This document shows, piece by piece, positions 27,286 through 32,000 of a DNA stretch of 32,000 nt. Under the pieces are notes generated by a model. It worked only from the letters and a program-made list of their open reading frames with translations, was not told where the DNA came from and did not search any database. The position numbers and the translations under genes were made by a program. Positions within the stretch are counted from its first letter, which is position 1. Every line of letters begins with the position of its first letter. The stretch is from Candidatus Saccharimonadota bacterium (GTDB lineage: Bacteria > Pseudomonadota > Gammaproteobacteria > Enterobacterales > Enterobacteriaceae), in contig CP043989.1 in NCBI GenBank assembly GCA_015134435.1, positions 180,705 through 212,704 on the forward strand, read 5' to 3'.

Positions 27286-27687
27286 TTAACGTTTTGAATA
27301 TTGATGTTTAGAACGAGATTTTATATATCCATATTTTTTTCTTTCTACTTTTCTAGAATCACGAGTAATAAATTTATATAATTTTAATTTTTTTCTAAAA
27401 TTATTATTATATTTTAATAAAATTCTACTTATACCATGTCTTATTGCAATAACTTGACTAGAAATACCACCACCTTTTACTGTTATATAAAAATTAAATT
27501 TATTTAAAAGAAAAATATTATTAATATCATAAATAATTTTAAAAGGATATAAAATTATTTTTCTTTTAATTTTACAAGAAAAATATTTTTTAAATTTTAA
27601 ATTATTAATGTATATTTTTCCAGACCCTTTTTTCATAAATATTCTAGATGAAGAAGTTTTACGCCTACCTGTACTATATAATAACAT
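27286..27687 (-). CDS. rpsI: 30S ribosomal protein S9
   Basis: Intact 133-aa ORF. GGGISSQVIAIRHGISRIL, TRDSRKVERKKYG and the terminal YSKR are S9-like. Confidence 0.93.
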   Translation of the reverse strand: MLLYSTGRRKTSSSRIFMKKGSGKIYINNLKFKKYFSCKIKRKIILYPFKIIYDINNIFLLNKFNFYITVKGGGISSQVIAIRHGISRILLKYNNNFRKKLKLYKFITRDSRKVERKKYGYIKSRSKHQYSKR

Positions 27688-27698
27688 ATATATATACC

Positions 27699-28100
27699 TT
27701 AAAAATTAATTAAAATAGGATTTTGAGAAATATGTAAATGATTATTATAATTATATATTTTTAATCTTTTTAAATATATTTTACTTAAACGATTTTTAGG
27801 TAACATACCTTTAACAGCATGTGTAATAATATATTTAGGGGATTTTATCATCATTTCTTCAAAAGAAATACTTTTTAAATTACCTACATAACCACTATGA
27901 CGATAATATATTTTATTTTTTCTTTTATTACCAGTAACTAAAATATATTTAATATTTGTTAATATAACAAAATCTCCATTATCTTTATAAGATAAATAAT
28001 TAGATTTATGCTTTCCCATAAGCAAACAAACAACTTTAGTTATTAATCTTCCTAAAATTCTATTTTTTGAATTAATTAAATATCAATTATTTTTTTTCAT
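27699..28100 (-). CDS. rplM: 50S ribosomal protein L13
   Basis: Track ORF 27699..28025 is extended upstream through TGA 28083-28085 to ATG 28098-28100. MKKNNWYLINSKNRILGRLITKVVCLLMGKHKSNY matches E. coli ..[32 protein letters not shown]. Confidence 0.92.
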
Positions 28101-28863
28101 ATATTATTTAAAAAATTAAATTATTTTCATTATTTATAATAAATAATTTTTATATTTAATTATTAATATAAAATTAAAATATTTTAATTATTAAAATTAA
28201 AATATAAATTATAAATATTATATATATAAAAAATTTATTAAATTAAATTAATTTAATAAATTTTTAATTTTATTTTTATTAAAAATTTTTAAATATTTAA
28301 AATATTTATATTAATAAAAATAATATTAATAAAAAAATATATTAAATTTATTTAAAATTTTTATTAATATAAATTAATAATTAATATTATTAAAATAAAA
28401 ATATTTATATTTTTAAAAAATTATTAAAATATTAATAATAAAATATTACTAAAAATCATTTTTAATAATTTTATTAAAAATAAAAATTAATTTTTTAAAT
28501 TTTAAAATAAATTAATTATAAATAAAAATAAAATATATAAAATTAATAAATATTTTTTTAATAAAATAATTTTAACTAATTTTAAATATAATTTATTTAT
28601 TAATATAATATATAATAAATTAAAAAATATATATTTTTAAAAATAATTATTATATAAATATTTAAATAAAATAAAAATATGAAAAATTAAAAATTTATAT
28701 AATAAATATATTATATATTATATATTTTAAATAAATTTAAAAAAAATAAAAAATTATTTTTAATATTAAATTATTTAATAAAATATAAAATTTTATATTA
28801 AAATAATAAAATAAAATATATTTATATTAAAATAAATATATTATATTTTATATAAAAAATAAA
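28101..28863. other. 763-nt non-coding spacer almost devoid of G/C, between divergent rplM (-) and rplU (+)
   Basis: By direct inspection the only G/C bases are c28128, c28449, c28457, c28576 and g28681. The stretch 28129-28448 (320 nt) contains none. There is no ORF and no foldable RNA. This is the largest non-coding stretch in the window. Confidence 0.85.
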
Positions 28864-28881
28864 CAAAAGGAATAATTATAA

Positions 28882-29211
28882 ATGTATGCAATAATAAATA
28901 TAAATAAAAAACAATATAAAATTAAAAAAAATCAATATATATATACAGAAAAAATAAATTATAAAAAAAATAAATATATATATATAAAAAATAAAAATAT
29001 TATTTTAATATTTTATAAAAATAAAATTTTATATAAAAAAAAAGATATAAAATTATTTTTAATAAAAATTAAAATAATAAAAAATATTAAAAAAAAAAAA
29101 ATAAATATTATAAAATTTAAAAGAAGAAAAAATTATAAAAAAAAATATGGACATAGACAACAATTAACAAAAATAAAAATAAAATCAATAGAGAAAAAAA
29201 ATGGCACATAA
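28882..29211 (+). CDS. rplU: 50S ribosomal protein L21
   Basis: Intact 109-aa [21 protein letters not shown]...[25 protein letters not shown] matches E. coli MYAVFQSGGKQHRVSEGQ...[25 protein letters not shown]. An AAGGA Shine-Dalgarno lies 9-10 nt upstream. Confidence 0.9.
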   Translation: MYAIININKKQYKIKKNQYIYTEKINYKKNKYIYIKNKNIILIFYKNKILYKKKDIKLFLIKIKIIKNIKKKKINIIKFKRRKNYKKKYGHRQQLTKIKIKSIEKKNGT

Positions 29212-29464
29212 AAAAGCAGGTGGATCAACTAAAAATGGAAGAGATTCAAAATCTAAAAGATTAGGAGTAAAACATTTTGGAGGAGAATTTATTTATTCCG
29301 GAAATATAATAATAAAACAAAGAGGAACAAAATTTCATTCAGGAATTAATACAAAATATGGAAAAGATCATACAATATATGCAACAAAAAATGGAAAAAT
29401 AGAATTTAAAATAAAAAATAAAAAAAAAATTATAAATATAATAACAAATGAATATAAAAAATAA
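29201..29464 (+). CDS. rpmA: 50S ribosomal protein L27
   Basis: Intact 87-aa [64 protein letters not shown] is L27-like. It overlaps rplU by 11 nt. Confidence 0.95.
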   Translation: MAHKKAGGSTKNGRDSKSKRLGVKHFGGEFIYSGNIIIKQRGTKFHSGINTKYGKDHTIYATKNGKIEFKIKNKKKIINIITNEYKK

Positions 29465-29595
29465 TATTATTTTAATAATAAATAAATATAAATTTAAAAA
29501 ATAAAAATAAAAATATTTCAATTAATTGATTAAAAAAATAATAAAATATAAAAAATTTTTAAAATTAATTTTAAAAAAATAAATAAAATAAAAAA

Positions 29596-30212
29596 ATGAA
29601 AAAAAAAAAAAATGATTAAATTTAATATTTAAAAATAAATATACAAAAATAGCAAAAAAAAAAAAATTAAGATCTAGATCATGATTTAAAATTAAAGAAA
29701 TACAAAAAAAATATAAAATATTTAAAAAAAATAATAATATAATAGATTTAGGATGTTCACCAGGAGGTTGATCAATTTTTTTATCAAAAAAAATAAATAA
29801 AAAAAATAAAATATTTAGTTGTGATATTTTAAATATGAAAAAAATTAAAAATGTAAATTTTATAAAAGGAGATATATGTAATATAAAAACAATAAATAAA
29901 ATAATAAAAAAAACAAAATTATATAAAATAAATTCTATTATATCAGATATATCACCAAACATTTCAGGTATTAAAGAAATAGATAATCCTAAATATAAAA
30001 ATATAATTAAAAGTATTATATATTTATGTAAAAAAAAATTATTTATAAATGGTAATTTAATAATTAAAATATTTTTAGGAGAAAATTTTTCCTATATTTT
30101 AAAAAAAATTAAAAATATTTTTAAAAAAATAAATATTTATAAACCAAAATGTTCATATAAATGATCTAAAGAAATATATATAATTGCTTTAAAATATAAA
30201 AATAATTATTAA
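29596..30212 (+). CDS. rlmE: 23S rRNA (uridine2552-2'-O)-methyltransferase RlmE/FtsJ; the start needs a +1 shift in an A14 tract, or the gene lacks a canonical start
   Basis: The frame is open from 29592: KNEKKKKWLNLIFKNKYTKIAKKKKLRSRSWFKIKEIQKKYKIFKKNNNIIDLGCSPGGWSIF...SDISPNISG...KIFLGENF...KPKCSYKWSKEIYIIALK. This is colinear with E. coli RlmE from residue ~10 ([34 protein letters not shown]...DLGAAPGGWSQY...). Stop is TAA 30210-30212. The only upstream ATG (29596-29598) is out of frame by one base across A14 (29599-29612). Confidence 0.8.
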
Positions 30213-30287
30213 AAAATATTATAATATATTAATAAAAAATTTTAAAATAAAAAAATAAAATATATAATACATTAAATAGGAAAAAAA

Positions 30288-30557
30288 ATGTATAAAATAT
30301 TTTCAATATTATTTATATCAATATGTATTATTTTAATTTTAATAATTATTATTTCTCCAAATAAAAATAATATAATAAAATCATATTCAAATTATAATAA
30401 TATTATTACATCAAATTTTATAAAAAATAAATTTAATAATATAATTATTATATTAACTATATTATTTTATATATTATCTATAATATTAAATTTAATAAAT
30501 AATTTTAAAATTAAAAAAATAAAAAAAAAAATAAAAAATATAAAAATATTAAAATAA
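30288..30557 (+). CDS. secG: probable preprotein translocase subunit SecG (highly diverged small membrane protein)
   Basis: This 89-aa ORF starts MY...; an N-terminal hydrophobic helix (FSILFISICIILILIIIIS) and a second one (FNNIIIILTILFYILSIILNLIN) give it the same architecture as E. coli SecG. It lies immediately upstream of a leuU-like tRNA-Leu, as E. coli secG-leuU does. Sequence similarity alone is weak. Confidence 0.6.
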   Translation: MYKIFSILFISICIILILIIIISPNKNNIIKSYSNYNNIITSNFIKNKFNNIIIILTILFYILSIILNLINNFKIKKIKKKIKNIKILK

Positions 30558-30573
30558 TAAATTATTATATTAA

Positions 30574-30657
30574 ACCGGGATGGTGAAAATGGTAAACACA
30601 CTACTTTAAGATAGTAGCTTCTATATGAAAATACGGGTTCAAATCCCGTTCCCGGTA
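30574..30657 (+). tRNA. tRNA-Leu, class II, anticodon AAG (leuU position)
   Basis: Hand-folded. Acceptor ACCGGGA/TCCCGGT (7 Watson-Crick pairs), D-arm GTG-AAAATGGTAAA-CAC, anticodon stem CTACT/AGTAG with loop TTAAGAT (A34 A35 G36 at 30608-30610). It has a long variable arm and T-arm ACGGG-TTCAAAT-CCCGT. It is colinear with E. coli leuU (loop TTGAGGT). No encoded CCA. Confidence 0.85.
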
Positions 30658-30801
30658 TAATTTTAAAATAATATTTTATATATTTAATATTTTTATAATA
30701 TATTAAATTAATTATTATTAAAAAATTTAAATAATATATTAATTAATATATTTTTTTATTAAATATTTTTTATAAAATAAAAATTTAGGAGATATGCTAA
30801 A

Positions 30802-31836
30802 ATGAATAAAAAAATTTTAGCAGTTGCAGAAGCTTTATCTAATGAAAAATCTTTATCTAAAAAAATTGTTTTTAAAATATTAGAAAATGCTTTAAATACA
30901 GTAATAAAACAAAAATATAAACAAAAAATTAATATAAGAATATATATAAATAAAAAAAATGGAAAATTTTATATATATAGAAGATGAATAGTAGTAAAAA
31001 AAGTTATATATCCAGAAAAAGAAATAAATTTAAATAAAGCTATATATAAAAATAAAAAAATAAAATTAGGTGAATTTATAGAAAATAAAATAAAAAAAAT
31101 AAAATTTGATAGAATAACTACACAAAAAATAAAAAAAATTATAATACAAAAAATTAAAGAAAAAAAAAAAAATATAAATTTTAAAAAAATAATCAAAAAA
31201 AAAGGAAAAATAATAACAGGATTTATAAAAAAAATAGATACAAAATATATACTTTTAGATATAGGAAATAATTTAGAAGCAAAAATATTAAATAAAAATA
31301 TATTTTTAAAAAATAAACTTAAAATTGGTAAAAAAATTAAAGGTTTAATATATTATATAGATAAAAAATATAATAATAATTATCAAATATTAATAAAAAG
31401 ATCAGGAATAAATTTTTTAATTAAATTATTAAAAATAGAAATACCAGAAATAAAAAATAATACAATAAAAATAAAATCTATATCAAGAAAACCAGGATTA
31501 AGATCAAAAATAGCAGTAATAAGTAACAATAAAAAAATAGATGCTATAGGATCATGTATAGGTATAAAAGGTTTAAGAATAAAAGCAATTTCTAATGAAT
31601 TATTAGGAGAAAAAATAGATATAATTTTATGAAATAAAAATATAAAAAAATTTATTAAAAATATAATACATCCTATAAAAATATTAAATCTTAATATAAA
31701 TAAAAAAAAAAAATATATAAATATATATGTAAAATTAAAAAATTTAGCCCAAATAATAGGCAAACAAGGTCAAAATATAAAATTATCATCTAAATTAATA
31801 GGATGAAATATTAATGTATTAAGAAAAAATATATAA
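30802..31836 (+). CDS. nusA: transcription termination/antitermination factor NusA, short form ending after KH2
   Basis: Track ORF 30802..30987 ends at TGA (RRW, as in E. coli FRRWLVV). Read-through carries FDRITTQKIKKIIIQKIKE, IITGFIKKI, LDIGNNLEAKIL, IEIPEI, PGLRSKIAV, IDAIGSCIGIKGLRIKAIS, IDIILW, NLAQIIGKQGQNIKLSSKLIGWNINV. Stop is TAA 31834-31836. Product 344 aa. An AGGAGA Shine-Dalgarno lies 9 nt upstream. Confidence 0.92.
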
Positions 31837-31846
31837 TTAATAAAAA

Positions 31847-32000
31847 ATGTTTAAAAAAAAAAATATATATAATAAAAAAAATATATTTAATAAAAATAAA
31901 AAAAATATATTTAATAAAAATAAAAAAAATATATTTAATAAAAATAAAAAAAATATATTTAATAAAAATAAAAAAAATATATTTAATAAAAATAAAAAAA
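31847..32000 (+). CDS. infB: probable translation initiation factor IF-2, extreme N-terminus (runs off window)
   Basis: ATG 31847 lies 10 nt after the nusA stop, and the frame stays open to the window end: MFKKKNIYNKKNIFNKNKKNIFNKNKK.... The call rests on conserved nusA-infB adjacency and the Lys-rich, poorly conserved nature of IF2 N-termini. No conserved IF2 domain lies inside the window. Confidence 0.5.
   Translation, partial: MFKKKNIYNKKNIFNKNKKNIFNKNKKNIFNKNKKNIFNKNKKNIFNKNKK
31881..32000 (+). repeat. perfect 24-nt tandem repeat, at least 5 copies, truncated by the window end
   Basis: The unit atatatttaataaaaataaaaaaa occurs at 31881, 31905, 31929, 31953 and 31977 with no mismatch. A degenerate copy precedes it at about 31857-31880. 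It is in frame with the ATG at 31847 and encodes (NIFNKNKK)n. Confidence 0.95.

Noticed and set aside
28172-28189. Perfect 18-nt palindrome aattaaaatattttaatt inside the A/T-only spacer, considered as a possible protein-binding site or origin element.
   Set aside because: In a two-letter (A/T) sequence of about 760 nt, a 9+9 palindrome is expected by chance roughly once. No repetition of the motif was seen.
28101-28863. A hidden small RNA gene (ssrA, rnpB, ffs) or small ORFs in the long spacer.
   Set aside because: With 5 G/C in 763 nt no stable conserved RNA fold is possible. The only ATG-led frame I noticed (28679) stops after 3 codons.
29339-29962. Minus-strand ORFs 29339..29521 and 29522..29962, with hydrophobic Phe/Ile/Leu-rich products.
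   Set aside because: They are antisense to rpmA, to the rpmA-rlmE spacer and to rlmE. Lys/Asn/Ile-rich A-rich genes give Phe/Ile/Leu-rich open frames on the opposite strand as a composition artefact. No homology or start context supports them.
30969-31763. Minus-strand ORFs 30969..31196 and 31383..31763.
   Set aside because: They are antisense to the well-supported nusA CDS and show the same composition artefact.
31881-32000. The regular 24-nt repeats could be taken for a CRISPR-like array.
   Set aside because: The copies are directly abutting with no spacers. The unit is pure A/T low complexity and is in frame within an ORF. This is a tandem (minisatellite-type) coding repeat.

Overview
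This window is core housekeeping DNA from an extremely A+T-rich, heavily reduced bacterial genome of the insect-endosymbiont type. I found no mobile elements, CRISPR, defence, toxin or other accessory system, and no evidence for a novel multi-gene system.

Gene content, minus strand (listed in order of decreasing coordinate):
- rplM-rpsI
- rpsF-rpsR-rplI
- a complete rRNA operon: 16S, tRNA-Glu, 23S, 5S, tRNA-Asp, tRNA-Gly
- miaA-hflX-rlmB
- the contiguous str, S10, spc and alpha ribosomal-protein operons, from rpsL to the start of rpoA

Gene content, plus strand:
- tRNA-Cys, tRNA-Leu(UAA), def, fmt
- rplU-rpmA, rlmE, a secG-like gene, tRNA-Leu(AAG), nusA and the start of a probable infB

The supplied ORF track uses the standard code and splits about half of the genes at TGA. 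Read with TGA as Trp, every split gene is continuous and colinear with its E. coli homolog, and TGA repeatedly falls on conserved Trp positions. All coordinates here were re-derived on that basis and include the stop codon.

The 16S signature and several micro-syntenies point to an Enterobacterales-like gammaproteobacterial ancestry. These are an rrnC-type operon, cysT-leuZ, secG-leuU, miaA-hflX, and rplU-rpmA...rlmE...nusA-infB. I cannot name the organism.

Observations worth a second look:
1. The UGA-to-Trp reassignment itself.
2. rlmE has no in-frame start codon; its only ATG lies one base out of frame across an A14 tract.
3. A class II tRNA-Leu has the unusual anticodon AAG.
4. A 763-nt spacer contains only 5 G/C bases and sits exactly where gene orientation switches.
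5. A perfect 24-nt in-frame tandem repeat lies at the probable infB N-terminus.
6. Deletion scars of 17 to 145 nt sit where rpmD, hfq, priB, obgE, ftsH and rimP would be expected.

Homology statements rest on my recall of E. coli protein and RNA sequences, not on a database search.
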